From Lingula anatina (taxonomy: Eukaryota > Animalia > Brachiopoda): a stretch of DNA of 64,000 nucleotides. The notes under the pieces were generated by a model that saw nothing but the letters and a program-made list of their open reading frames with translations, was not told the DNA's origin and did not search any database. Of the stretch, positions 27,575 through 41,070 are shown piece after piece. Position 1 is the stretch's first letter; each line of letters opens with the position of its first letter. A program made the translations under genes and the position numbers. The DNA is taken from contig CM120642.1 in the NCBI GenBank assembly GCA_051362555.1, positions 17,360,001-17,424,000 on the forward strand, in the 5' to 3' direction.

Positions 27575-30500
27575 TTTCAATCACATCACAACCATTAGCG
27601 CATCAGACATGGAAGCAAAGGGAAATCCTCCCTTCCCTGGTGCACATGTTGCTTTTTTTTTCTAATTGGTTTGTGTCCTACATAAAATTGACGCCCTACG
27701 ATCATTAACACGGCTAACGAGTGATTGGTAAAATGTCTATTTTTTATAATATTTTATCCCTCTAGTCCACAGTTTAAAATTATGTTTTACAATGTAGATT
27801 CGAGACGGGACATGTCTGATAAGCGCCAAGACAGGAAGTGATATTGGCGGACTATATAACCAAGGAATGGCACAGATCCATCACTTTGAAATGAAACCAT
27901 TCTTAGGTATGTGCTTATTGAAATAAAAGAAGACTATTTGTGAACTGAACGCAGGTTCGAGGCGGGTGCGCACAAGTATGACCGTAGCCTTTGTGTGTTT
28001 GACTTGTTTAAAACAATGTGACAATGAATGTAAATGCATGCAAGCTTTTGTTAGGTAATGGTCTATTTTTATCACGTTTTACTGATCTATTTATTTTTAC
28101 AAATACTAATTGTGGTTCTAAGTATAGTTGACGCTACTATGGTCAGCGTAGCTTCAGCCTCGTTTAATAAACTCTTTTTCTCAAGACGACCAAATTTATT
28201 GACCAGGAATACAATCTGCGTCGGAGTGGGATGTAACTGTCATACTGTCCTTCTCGCAAAGATACTCCATTGCTTATCGGACATCTAGACCCCAGCTGAA
28301 TTAAGTAATGATGCTAATAATTGTATTCATTTCTTTTATGGGGATTAAAATATATGTCAAATGGCGCGTTTTGAACCATGAACATTTAAATTAAAGTCTG
28401 AACTAGGCTCAATGATGCGCCTTTGTTTTTCATGGAAGAATGCGGCGGTGAACTGAAGGAGACAAAAGGGACGATCGCCTCACCGAATTGGCCGCGGAAC
28501 TACGCACCCCACCAGCACTGTGAGTGGAGGGTGACGGTGCCTGAACATAAGGTATGAATGCGCCCTGTTGTCAAGATTCGTATTTCTTAGTTGTATCTTT
28601 CTAAATATATAAGTTCCCTCTTCATTTCTCAGACAGAATTCAATACTGGTCCACACATACAAGCAAGAGCTATTCTTTCTATCTGTATTTTTTTCACTTT
28701 TTTATTTCATAAGACGGCACACTTGTAACGTCACAACACAGTACATTTCGAACCACACAACTCTCTCTAATTCTTACATTTTGAGAACCTGCTAATCATC
28801 AGTTTGCCTCATTTACTCTGTATCATCTAAATGACAAATATTTTTTTTCTATTATAGGTGGTTCATTTCACGTTCATTCACTTCGACTTGGGCCTCCAGA
28901 CGTCCGAAACGTGCGCTGACCATAACGACAGGCTGGTCTTCTCAGAAATCTTACAGCCAGGAAATCAGACACAGATCTACTGCACACAGCCAAACACAAA
29001 GAAATGGATTTCCAAGACCAACGTTGTAAACGTGACGTTTACGTCTGACGTAGTAGGTGACGCCCCCGGGTTTCGGTTGTTTTATTCCGCTGGTGAGTGG
29101 GCAAAAGATTTAGAGGAGTGATACGGTGCATGTAAATCCTTGCAATTTTTTGCCGTAACAAAACCTTTACTTTCAAGGCAGCTGGAGTACATAAGTGCCG
29201 ATTTTTATTCAATGGATTTCGAAATAACACTATTTTTTATGCATCTGTTTAGTGTCTATCCTTTTTGTTACTTTTATCGTGACCACTGCGAGCTACTCAA
29301 TTGCACCTGTTGTGACGAACTTTATGAACACGTTTTTAGCAAACTGGTTTTATAGTAGGCTAGGCTATTGTAGTAGTTCATTGTTTGATTAATATTTTTG
29401 TCTACTTTTCTTGGATTGGGTATCAGGTTTCATAAAACTGCACCTTTTTATATTCTCTGAATGGCCTTGTTTTCCTCATTAGTTCTTATGGAAACGCTTT
29501 ACAAAAACTTAATACAGAATTTTAGGCGTTTTTAGAAGGATCAATAATAATAATAATTGTAACTTTGAACTCCGTTGTTATTTTTAGAATGGCCGTGCAA
29601 CGCGGAGCTGCGCCAGGACCAAGGACTGTTTGCGTCGCCGAATTTCCCCGAGAACTACATGTCTTCGTCGCGGTGTTCTTGGCACATACGCGCCCCGCCA
29701 CGCCATCAGATACTGTTCCGTATACACTACTTCCACCTGGAACCACATCCTAGAGATATCTGTTCAAACAGGTACTGATATATTTTGATGGAGATTCATC
29801 TGTGTAGTCTTTTGATTATTTTATACGCTTAAAACTTTCAATTTCGACACTTACTTGAGAAGTACCTCACAAAGTTTTCGATCACTACTGTGGCCTTTTT
29901 TCACCGAGTTATAGCCTATAACATAAGGTACTGATATTATATCGTACAGAGAGAAGGACGGGGCCTAATATTATTTTAGACTTCATATGATTCCGGCTCA
30001 ATTTGAAATTTTTATTGTGTTTTATTAAATCCCGAAGTTTCGATTGTCGAGATCCTTGAAAACGATTAATAACCCGATCGAGGTATGGTTGCCAATTATT
30101 ATTATTATTTTTAAAAAATTTGACCGACAAACACGTTTAATGAAAAGGCCAACTTTAGGTTCAAAATGTAACCCGCACGATCATCATTGCTAAGTAGTTT
30201 TAGGGTTTCAAAAGGTGGGTTATTAATTACCTCCGCCAAGGAGGTTATGTTTTCACCCCTGTCTGACTGTCCGTTTGTTTGTCATCAACATAACTCAAAA
30301 AGTTATGGACCGATTTTGATGACATTTTCAGGGTAGGTGGGAAATGGGTTAACTTAGAAGTGATTAGTTTTTGGTGGTGATCCGGATCAATAATCAATCA
30401 ATAATAATCAAAAATCGCTGCCTTGGCGTAGGTCTGCGCTCTCGGAGTGCTTTTCTAGTTCAATATTTGAATGGAATTCGTTCTCACTTATCCTTTTTCC

Positions 30501-31519
30501 GTTAAAATTTCACGTGAATTTGTACATGAAAACATTAACCTTAAAATGCCGTTGACACATGAACACGCACACGTCCCATGTAATGTTTTCTGCTTCTCCC
30601 CTCAGGTTGGACTACGTGGCAGTGTACGACGGTTCAAGCAACTCCAACAGACGCCTGGGCATCTATTGTGGTGCCCGGGCCCCCTTCTCCCTCATGTCCA
30701 CTGGCAGCAACCTTCTCGTAGAATTTTCCTCAGATCCACAGGGTGAGCGAAAGGGATTCAACGCCACCTATCATTTTATATCCAACTATGAGATACCTGA
30801 TGAAAACCCATCAACACGCAAGCCGAGTGAAAAACTCCCGGAGGTGACGCAAACCACGACAAAGAAGCCGGATGAGTCTAAAATAGTGATCCAGTTTGTA
30901 CCAAAAGATGAAAAGGAAATTGTCAATCCGCCAAAAAGCGATGCAGGTGAGTTTTTTTTCGTAAGGTTGTGTATCTTATAAAGTCTGAAGAAATAAAATG
31001 ACACAAGTAAAATAAAATTCTCATTATGAGGCACATTACTGTTCAACTTTCCTTTCATGAAGCTGCATATTTATGCTGTCCGCTTGCACAATGTTTGGTT
31101 GGCTTAATAAATGTTCTGTTTGGCACAAGATTCAAATTTGGACCGAGAAAAACGCTGGCTTAAGCGTCTTTTATGACTGTCATAGGCATTTAAGTCCGAC
31201 AGTTGATTCAAAGAGATAGCAAATTAAATAGTTAAATAAGTTTAAATAAATTAAACAGTTTAGTAAGATGAAGTTCTTTTTTTTCCGCGCAGTTTCAAAG
31301 ACTGACTCCCAGATACAAGAAGCTGGCGGCGGAGACATGACATGGATCATAGGAGTGGCTTTAGTGGCCTTACTCATCGCAGTGGTTATCCTGATTGTGG
31401 TCATTATATATAGGTAAGCCATCTTTATCTATTGAGCTTTTATTTGTTTGGCGTTTATATGTTTATGCTAGTATGTAAATATCTTTTATGTTAATTTATT
31501 AATTAATTAATTTATTTGT

Positions 31520-31570
<51 letters not shown>

Positions 31571-34500
31571 TCTGCCTCTCTCCGCTGCAATTGATACTGG
31601 TTGTCAATTTTGCTTTTTACCCAAAACATGCCTTTGAAATATTATCCAAATGGCATGGTGGTACACACCCGGAAGGCAGCTACGCCTCTCTGATAGTGAA
31701 GTTGCATTTTCGCTGTTTTTTTTATGTTTCTTTCAGCAATTTTTCATATTCTGTGTTTTTGCATGGCACAATAGTTTACACCCTGAATGAACATGTTCTG
31801 TCTATAGCTGGCAGTTGTCATGGTGCTCAGTATGGATTTGTTATGCATGGCATTCTAATTATCATATACGATAGAGTAATGTATGTTTTATGTCTTCTCC
31901 ATGGCACCATGCATGTCATTGTAGTAGAATTGTTTTGTAATGCATTTGTAATTTGTATGTTATGTATGGAGCTCAATAGTTGATATCATTTATGTCAAAG
32001 ATTTCAAATCGCCTGTCAAGAAAATCTGGTTAATTCTTCATAACATAAATGTTTTACAGGAGAAGAAAGCTTCCAAAAGAGCCGAATGACCACGAGTGAG
32101 TGCACACTAGCTTACGGATTCTCTAATCTCTGTTCTGCCACTTAAATATGGTTTGGCTATTGGTTTTTCATATATTCTTTATAAATATGACTCTTATATG
32201 TGAATCTAATCTACTGGTACATTTAATGTTGGCCATAACCTGAAAATAACCAATTATCACTTAATGTTTCTTTAACATTCTTCAGTTGTCAGGTTGCTAT
32301 TAAATTTGCATGATTTACAGGCCATTATCCGTGTACGAGGTATGGAGAAAAACGCAACTCTCCTTTGCTATATGCTTTTGAAACGAATGAGGTCTTTATT
32401 AGGCCTACGGTATGTGAAATAAATACCCACAGCCGCCTAACCGTGAGACTTTCAAAATGTTGTACACATGATGATAGACAGTGTCAAGGATGTTCGTAAC
32501 ACAGTATACGTTTGTATTTACTTTTTGATGTGCCTTTCTTTGAACACAACATGACTGAGCATTGAACATTACACGCCGTAACCTTTCTGAAGCTTGGGCT
32601 GAACATGTCTCATTGTTGCCCCTTATTCAAGTTGAGATAACAGCTCATCATATTTTTCCGTGAGATTGGCAAATGGTATGTAGCGGTAGTGCTGCATCCC
32701 ATGAGAGCAAGCCTCCTCCACCATCTCCAAAGCCCAGCGGTCCATGGTGTGTATCCACTGGTAGGCAGTGTGGATAGGGTGTGAGCGGGATGTACCGTAC
32801 CATCCGTTGTCGTACCGGGCTGTTGTGCTGTTAATCACCCACTCTTTAAGCACCTCAGGCATCGGTTGTCTTAAAAATTGATATAAATTCACCGCTTCTC
32901 GCAGAGGATTTTTGACGATGTCTTCGTACCGGATGTCAATGATTCTGCCTGGGAACCTCCCTTCTAGTTCAAGACGGGTTTTTATGTTGTCTGTTAAGTT
33001 TTGGCAGTGTTCGTCTGTTGTTTTTTTAAAGGCCGCGACTGTATTTTCCCAGCTATTTTGGCCACGAAGAAATGCATTGAAATTTGACCACATGGCACCT
33101 AAAAAAAAAAAAAAATCAAGAATTAGATTACACAATCAATTATTTCAGATTATAAAATATTATATACTCTCTGAGTTAAACATACGCATAAAATATTATG
33201 GAATGTTATGACAAGAACATAATGAAAACTTTTTAAAATCTCAGATTTGTTCTATAATTATCACATAGTTGTTCTTTAGAATGTTAAATACGTTTATTTT
33301 AATTCATTCCCTAACCTGCGCATTGCATGATTGTTTTGCTTTACATATACCTTTAATATAATATCCTAAATTCAAATAGTTCGGTATTCAAAATCAACTT
33401 ACCTCGAGGATCTCGTACCAAATGCAATATGTTTAGATCCGGGTTCTTATCCAAAATGTCCTCCGTCATCCGCAAGGTCATTCTGATAGTTTTGAATGCC
33501 ACGATACTGGCATTGCGGCACGCACGTGTTAAGAGTGGTCGGCAGGACCTGTCGTCAGTTTTGTTTAATATGCACGCCTTAAAGCTTCCCAAATGGTGAT
33601 GTCTGTCATCTACAGTGAACCATTTGTGATACGGAGGTACTGGGGCGAGAATCGATATCGGAACCTCACTGAATCTACAGTTGAGAAAGTCTGTTAAGAT
33701 TTCTTTCACCTTTGGCATCTCTTGCAATGGACGAGGGGCAAGCCTGGAAGTTATAACATGGAACATTCTCTGATTACCCGTCAGCCATCTTGGAAAAAAC
33801 TGATCACTTGGTGTCACCTTATCCACGAATGCTAATTATCAGCATTTAAATAAATATACCAGTGCAACGATAATACCACAATAATAAATTATTATTTATC
33901 TTACCCGTTTTTGTGTGATGAGCCCGGAAAAAGGTTGTACTTTAATAGCCATTCCACTGCCCATAGAGGCTCAAAGTAATAGAAGGCGCTGGGGTTGTAG
34001 TTGAAAAGGTTTCCAAGCCAAGACGAACCCGATCTGGCGTATGTTAAGATAATCACTTGTTTCCCTGTGTTTTTCTTGACATCTGAAATATGAAAAAGCA
34101 CATGTACGCCTAAATGTAAAATAAAACCCCCGGATATTTCCCATTTTCTTAAATCATGAGTTTTAGATGCTACGTATAGATAGATTGCAATAGAATATAG
34201 ATTAGTTGAAAAGTCTTAGTTGGTGTAAAAGTGGAACTTAAGATTGAACTAATATTTCCTCGACTGATATTTGCCTGCCCAACTTAGATAAGAGCTCTCT
34301 TTCAAGAATCAACCAGGTTTTGTTTATACACATTAATTAGTTTTGTTTATACATAGTAATGTCTTGTTTGTGGGTATTTTTTTTACTGTTGATGGTCAGT
34401 TCAGATTGACATGACACAATGGATACTCAGTAGTACAGAAGGGTGACAAAAGTCTTGCATCATTTTGCTTGAAGATGGACAACAGATGGGTTTATTTGGT

Positions 34501-36643
34501 TTTGCAATTGGTGTTTTATTGAAAAGCTATTATGTTAAGTTAGTATATTTTACTACAGGTTTAAAGACGAGTGGTATGCCCTTAAAACGCATGCTAATGT
34601 ATTTTGTCTATACAGTCTGACCAGACACATCTTGGGGACATCTACACCATCCTCACTGAGAGATACAATTTCTTTTCTGTGTTCATATGTGAGCTCCCGT
34701 TTTTTCACCATAGAAGAAAGTTGACAGAAACATTTGAAAAAAAAAAAACATTCAATAACACATGGATGAAAAGTCGTCACTGGTTACGTGAGCAATACAT
34801 CGCGGATCACTTTTTCAAATGCCACATGGTGCAATTTCTCACAGATGATCCAATAAATTTGTTACCCCTCTGTAGATATACATATTACAGAGCAATATTA
34901 AACATACCTTTGACCGATTCTCTGTAGCTGCTTGAGCCAGGCAAGAATCCTGCTTGGGATGTGTACACGTTTTCTCGTATACAGTACAAACAAATAACCA
35001 TTAACACAAACGCCAGTGCAATCCTTCTTGCACAACTGTATATGCATTTACCTTTCATTTTAACTTCATTTACGAAGTAAAGCTTCATTTATTAATATGC
35101 GGCGTATATTTAATCACTGATCAGAATAAGATGATGTACGGGTATTCATTATGGACAGGCTGACAAAAGGCTGCTATAAATTTGCGAACAAATCCACAAA
35201 TGTCATCTATCAGTCACTGACTTTTTAACATAAATATTAATATTGTGATGGTCGGGCAACGGTGTAAGGCCCCATTCCCATAGATACCATTGTTCTGCCT
35301 GGATCGACCCAACTCTGCGAGGACTGTCGCTGATTGCAATCAGTTTAATTGAATGGCACACCTCCTCCTGGCCTTAAGTAGAATACAGGATAGCTGTTGA
35401 AATACGAGTACGTTGGAAACAAGAGGAGATTAAGCTGTCAGTTAAGCTGATTGCATTTATCGAGAGTCTCCAGAGTTTGGTCGATTGACGGAGACCGATT
35501 GTGTCTATGGGAATCGGTGCTTTGTCTGTCTTACCTGTATTCATGAAGGAAGAATGCGGTTTTAATTTGGTGCGTGTTGTAATGCAGATTCCGCCCTTTT
35601 GTATTCTATCTTTAACTGAGTCTTAGGCAGGCAGGTCTACTTAATTTAATCTATTTCTTCATCTGGCATTTTGCAAACTGGGGCCATTTTTCACCATTTC
35701 CAGCTTCTATTAGGCCCGGATCTTAAGGTTGTTCTTCTTTGGTCCATTAAGCATCACGATGCTAACGGGAAATAACATTCAACTTGAAAATTGAGCTATC
35801 TCAAGTTGTGCATTAATACACGATCAAAAATACTAATAGTAGCTTAAAGGGCAATTTAAATTTTCATGTCATTTGGTTAATTTGATTGCACACATCGAGA
35901 CCCCCTGCAGAGTTGGATCGATCTGCGTAGACCGATGGTGTCTATGGGAATGCGGCATAGAGTTCAAGTTCAAAGTTCATTCACAGTGTTGAAAATGCAT
36001 AGAGTTTTGTAACAATCTAACCAATGTTGCGTTGATGTAGAAAGGTTGATGTAGAAAGGTTATTGCGCTGTTTTATTCTAGTATGCATGTTAGAGTATAG
36101 TTGCACCAGGTTTTCTTTCATTCTTATTTTTTCAGCTTATCCCTGCTTTACACCTTATCCCTGCTTTACTTTATCTGTATATTCTTCCCCGAAAAAAATG
36201 CACGCATCATGTATTGTTGATAATTTTCTTTTTATCTTAAAGAATAATTTTATTGATGCGACGCCCTAGCTGCACTTATCCGAGATGAGTAAAACAGTAA
36301 TCTTTAACTTATTTTATGATCCAAGTAGTAAAGTGAGAGCGGTCATTCTAAAATGTATTATCGTTTTAGGAGGAGACAAACGAGAAACCAAGACAGATAT
36401 CTGTACAGTGGAGAAAATGTTACGCTTTATCGAGGAGACAGGTAATAATGTAAATTAACTGCTCTAACCTAGAAAACACACCAAGATACACTAAAGCGAC
36501 AAGAAATAAATAAATATAGAAATAAAAATAATAAATAAAAAACGAGGGCTACGGTATTCCTATATTTTTGTATTGGTCAAAAAGCCATGATATCAGTTCT
36601 CTTATAAATTTTCTATTGTTTTTAAGCCATACGCACGCACACA

Positions 36644-36689
<46 letters not shown>

Positions 36690-37938
36690 GTTGCCTTGTG
36701 TAAGTGTGCACTCGTATGTATCCGTGCCCGTTTGTGTTTCTTTTAAATGTATTTTTAAAAGACAACACATGTAATATAAGGAGGATGAAAGGTTTTCTTA
36801 ATGTATGTATTTTGAAGGCAGCATCTCATGACATGTATAATATTTTTTCTTTATTGTAAACCAAAGTATCCGCCATTGTTTGATAGGCCTATGTTGGCTG
36901 ATTGATAGAAATGTTTTTTGTTTGGTTGGAATGTATCAGAACACTCATAATAATGTTGATTCGCGGACTGACTAGTCCACGTATCAAATATGGCGCTCAC
37001 TTGACAATAGATTCCCGCACCCCCACACGTGCCTTTCCAGCGGGGGCAGAGCAATTAAATCTCGACACGCTTTCAAGTGGGTGGCGCCATATTTGATCCG
37101 TGGATCTGTTAGTTCGCGGATCAAATTGTTCTGAATGTGCCCTATGTTGGTCTGGTCAGTCTAAAGCATAAGTATAAAGCATGACTTGAAAAACGATCAC
37201 TAATATTTTTTACTTCAAAACGGGCTGTTTTCCTTTTCCAGTGAGTCACCATACGATGCGCCCGCTGATGAGACAGCGGCCATGCAGCCGTATGGAGAGA
37301 GAAAGTAAGTCGTCCCACTAAAATGTTGACTTAAAAAGACCACAAAAACGTGGAATGGGATTTGATTTTGATTTTCGTAAAAGAGGTGTTTGAGTTAGCA
37401 GATATTTGGAGCAGTCGTTTATAAGAACGTTTGAAAAATTACGTTTGAAAAATGACTGATTTGTTTTGATAGAAATCTGTTATTTAATTTGTAGGCCTAT
37501 TGGGTGTGATACCTCTCATGTTCAGTTCCAACTTTATCTCAGGCATACATTTATATCACATTGCCTACCTTTGCTTTAAAAAATAACTGAAAAGAACGAC
37601 AATTGTGATTCGACTTTGATCGTGTAGTTAAGTGTATTATACAACGCTGTGATTCCTTTTGCTGCTCGGCCACTAGTTTTTATTTATCAACGAAGTCTAT
37701 ATATGCCTGTTTTGTGTGTAATTGTCGATAAGAACATCACTTAACTTTACTCTTCGTTCAGTTTTTCTCTTTATTGTCCTCACAACTTATTAATTAATTA
37801 ATTTATTTATTTATTTTCAGCGAGAATATTTACGAGAGCATTCCAGAGCTGGATAAAAAGAACTCCTTCAACAATCCAATTTACGGAAAGGAAAAGGCAA
37901 ACATGGCCAATGGCGAACCCTCAAAGGGCAGTAAATGA
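21798..37938 (+). CDS. Single-pass type I membrane receptor: signal peptide, 4 PAN/apple domains, 2 CUB domains, Ser/Thr/Pro stalk, TM, Tyr-motif cytoplasmic tail (~782 aa)
   Basis: Phase-consistent exons: 21798-21875, 22142-22191, (23436-23449), 24346-24582, 25387-25629, 26768-27028, 27361-27506, 27798-27906, 28439-28551, 28858-29092, 29588-29771, 30606-30946, 31293-31413, 32060-32095, 37242-37304, 37821-37938; total 2349 nt. PAN motifs EECAxxC...FxCRSFDY; CUB motifs CGG..IASPNWP.NY, DYVAVYDG, FSSD..GF; TM WIIGVALVALLIAVVILIVVIIY-RRRK; tail YDAP, ENIYESI, FNNPIY. The first three exons are less certain. Confidence 0.88.
22720..22768. repeat. (TA)n microsatellite
   Basis: Perfect TA run. Confidence 0.95.
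24610..24752. mobile_element. hAT-like MITE
   Basis: Termini CAGGGGCAGAT...ATCCGCCCCTG; no TSD recoverable, and a second MITE abuts the right end. Confidence 0.6.
24757..24988. mobile_element. PIF/Harbinger-like MITE (GGGCCCATTCCCATAGAC family)
   Basis: TIRs gggcccattcccatagacac / cacgtgtccttggagatggggcct, TAA/TTA flanks; related copies at 27040, 35268, 35897 and 46161. Confidence 0.7.
26640..26705. repeat. (TATTA)n pentanucleotide microsatellite
   Basis: About 13 perfect units. Confidence 0.95.
27040..27225. mobile_element. Degenerate copy of the Harbinger-like MITE
   Basis: Shares ggtctacgta, cctcctg and gttggaaacaagagg, and ends atgggaatgggccct-taa. Confidence 0.6.
30226..30460 (+). mobile_element. 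Helentron-associated (HINE/DINE-1-like) non-autonomous rolling-circle element
   Basis: 5' subTIR acctccgccaagg, gtct/gttt microsatellite-like tract, 3' subTIR ccttggcgtaggt, terminal stem-loop gcgctctcggagtgc followed by ttttctag. Confidence 0.75.
32623..35088 (-). CDS. Golgi carbohydrate 6-O-sulfotransferase (CHST1/3/4/5/6-like), copy ST1, nested antisense in a receptor intron (~391 aa)
   Basis: Exons 35088-34908, 34082-33905, 33743-33403, 33098-32623 (phases 1,2,1; 1176 nt). Type II anchor RRIALAFVLMVICLYCIR, 5'PSB TYARSGSS, YYFEP, 3'PB LVRDPRG, RYED. Confidence 0.9.
34436..34872 (-). mobile_element. Internally deleted Tc1/mariner element
   Basis: TIRs CAGAAGGGTGACAAA / CAGAGGGGTAACAAA (reverse complement), TA on both sides. 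Retains a transposase N-terminus-like sequence MVKKRELTYEHRKEIVSLSEDG (ATG 34711, minus). Confidence 0.75.
35268..35520. mobile_element. Harbinger-like MITE copy
   Basis: ~45-bp TIRs ggccccattcccatagata...tgtctatgggaatcggtgc; a half copy lies at ~35897-35957. Confidence 0.7.
36936..37145. mobile_element. MITE with ~50-60 bp imperfect TIRs
   Basis: tgattcgcggactgactagtccacgtatcaaatatggcgc pairs with gcgccatatttgatccgtggatctgttagttcgcggatca. Confidence 0.65.
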
Positions 37939-40900
37939 AGCACAAATGCATTACAAGACCTTTCATGGGCACTAGTTCGGAACCATTATTGCTCGGGAAT
38001 CTCCGTATCGGTCGGTCTTTTCCGCGTCACGGAGAATTCCGAAAATTCAGCGCTGAGAAGCGCATTTGCTTTTCAAAACCTTTAAAGGTTCTATAGGAGA
38101 AAGAGCAAACGTATGTGGTGGAGAAATAAGGCAACTCAAGATGATAGAATTTCAATAATATTATCAAAAGGTCACTCCATATTTACGTGACCCCTAAAGA
38201 ACCAAGGGTGCTGTTAAATCTACACTATGAACTTTATAAATATGGTTGTGCACAAAATTACTGAATTATTATTTATTAGCATCAAGCAAACAATGAATCT
38301 TACGACAACACATACAATTTTAATACTCTTGAGATATCCTCCAAGACCGAAAATCTCATTTTGCGATATTATATGCTTCACATTTAATTGCAGTGCGTTT
38401 CATTTTCTGATCAGGTCGCTAGCGGTGTGTTGAATAAGCGTAAACATTTAGTATTCTTCAGCAAAGGCTGATTATTTATATTATAAGCAATAGATTATAA
38501 AAGATGCTTTAAATACGACGCTTTAAAGCAGCTGAATCATCAAATCTATAAATTTTGTATGTATAGGATTATCGTTTATCAAGGGAGTCCCTGCTTTTGG
38601 GTGATTTTGTTCTTACCAATTGCTTTTCAGAATCGTCGCTTGATTTGGCAGTAGACATGTATAAGTCACTGACTAAATTAAAAAAAAACATTCTGCTAAA
38701 ATTAATCTAATTGATATTCTGTATAAATGCTTAAGATGAATGACCTACGCAAAGGTTAGCCAATTGATGGTGTATTATTATGTTGTCACAAAACCAATGT
38801 TTGGATGAAGTGTACGCGTGAGTAGTAAATAACGGTGAACCTGGACACATTAACTTTTGAATGAATTACTTTAATTATCAAGGCAAAGGCAAAGCCAGAA
38901 CATGCATATAGCTCGGTTTATTCTTATTTGCTTTCAATTATTTTTACTGAATGGCATATACTTAAAGATTCACAGAGTTGAAGAACACAATATTTACTAT
39001 CTACTTATGTTTATAGGCACTTTTTATCGGGTGCGGGTCACTCGATTCACCTGCTGCAGATATCTTTTATTTAATACTCAAACTTCGATGAACGTTAAAA
39101 AATTTTTCACACTCTGAATTTTCATTGAGCACTATATGATAAACTTAAAGCGTTTTGGCAAAATTTATAGGCAATGCAAATATTTCCGTTTAAGTTGCCT
39201 TAATTCATTGCATTTACTAGAACTGCATGAGTTTACATACTTTGATTAACGCTATGGGAATTGTTACTTTTTCAAAACTTACATTGCTTACTTGATTACA
39301 TGTGGATGTATTAACTTCAGCTTATATCATAACAGTGATATTTTGATTAATGCCTATTGGCAATAAACGAGTTTTTCTTTTGACCGATGAACACGAGATC
39401 TTCGGCTTAAGAAACCTTACCCAAACCTTACTCGCTATTCTGAGCCAATAAAACATCGTGCAGACGTGTTGTCACGTGCGATTGCTTTCTGAAGACGGTC
39501 GACCCTGCAGGAATCTTAATCAGAAAAATGGAAACTCCCTTGTAGTAAACAGAGAGGTTTATCATCAAAATGATAAATTGGTATTTTATGTATAAGAAAA
39601 TGTTGACTATCAATACCATCCACGTTTATGTTTTTCATTCACAGTTTTCCTATTTTATATTTTGTGCAGTTTCAAATGATAAATGTGGCTTAAGAATAAA
39701 ATAATAAATTGATGATGTTGTTTTGTTTTGAAGCATTTTAATTAAAATCCGTGGGGATATTTGAAGGTCCAACCAAAAATCTCTGATAAATTAATACAGA
39801 TAACCGAGTGTCCAGAATTAAAATTGACCAATTAACTGTCCCCATTACATGAATATATACCGATAAATGATACTGATAATATCTTAATTGCTGCCCATGG
39901 CATGTTCTTCCCACATCGTATGGCAATGATTGTGATCTCAGACAAAACAATTACGCTATTTACGCTTCAAAGATGGTCCTCTTGAAGAATTTGGTTAGCA
40001 TTATAAAATCATTATTTGTCCAATATGTTGTAATTGCAAGGTTAGAGCAAAATCTGAATGTAAATGCGCGGATTGTGTAGAGAAAGTAGCCTATTGCTAT
40101 AAGCTGTGGCTTTCCAACCCTTTAATAATAAAATAATAAAAGATGCAGTGTTTGGTAAAATAAATACTAAAAAAAAGGTATTACATTTGCATTTTGTTAA
40201 ATACAAAAAACGTTACCTTTAACATTCTGAAATTCCAAATCAACAATATTGTGAATATGGAAGCGATATCAATAAACCCGTGTATGGAACATGAACTTAA
40301 TTTGCCTTATTAAAAACAATGAAGCTGAATTTGTAGTATTGTAAAGTGTACGTCCGTACAAAACATGCAATTGCAGGCCGCTGCCTCTCGGATGAAAACG
40401 GATTATTTAAAATTCAAGTACTTTGATGTTTTTTCCACTGATTATCACACTCGAATTTGAAAATTCTTTCATGACCATAATTGGGATAAAAGCAGGTCCT
40501 CACTTCATCCCTTTGAACAATCTGATTTCGACCCTATAAGACTAATTTAATGTCTGCACCCTATCCCAGGAGGCTACATGTGCTGGTGTTGTATTATACA
40601 ATGGAGGTTTATCAAAAAAGCTTCAAAAATCATGGCAGAGAGCATTGAATAAAGATATATGCACACATATATGTTGAGTTGTGTTGAGCTTATTGAATTT
40701 TGTCTGTCTTATTCCAATTAAAACTGTCATTGTACTGCATGTACAATATCGGTCTTCTGGTACATGTACGCCACGCAAGTAATGCCGGTATTTATCGGTA
40801 TTTGAGCCGTCAAAGCGGGGCGAACAAAGTGTTAAATTCTATTACTTCTAGATCGCGTCAAGACATCTAAGACATTAACCTTTATATTACTGTGGATTTC

Positions 40901-41070
40901 AATTAGACGAAAACGTAAGTGATGCTTAAGTGCACGTTTTGAGGTCGATTTCATATTTGGCTCAGTTATGGTGTTGGCATACACTGTACAAGTAACGACT
41001 CTATATTGAATACTTTGAATCAGCCAAGGGTTTTAGTCTATTATCTTATTGGTCAACCCGTGGATAGAGT

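Noticed and set aside
31516-31983. 155-aa hydrophobic ORF
   Set aside because: Starts in a (TTTA)n repeat inside a receptor intron; AT-rich compositional artefact.
37939-38085. 48 open codons after the receptor TGA (readthrough or selenocysteine)
   Set aside because: TGA-A context is unfavourable, the length is compatible with chance, and the hairpin lacks SECIS consensus features.
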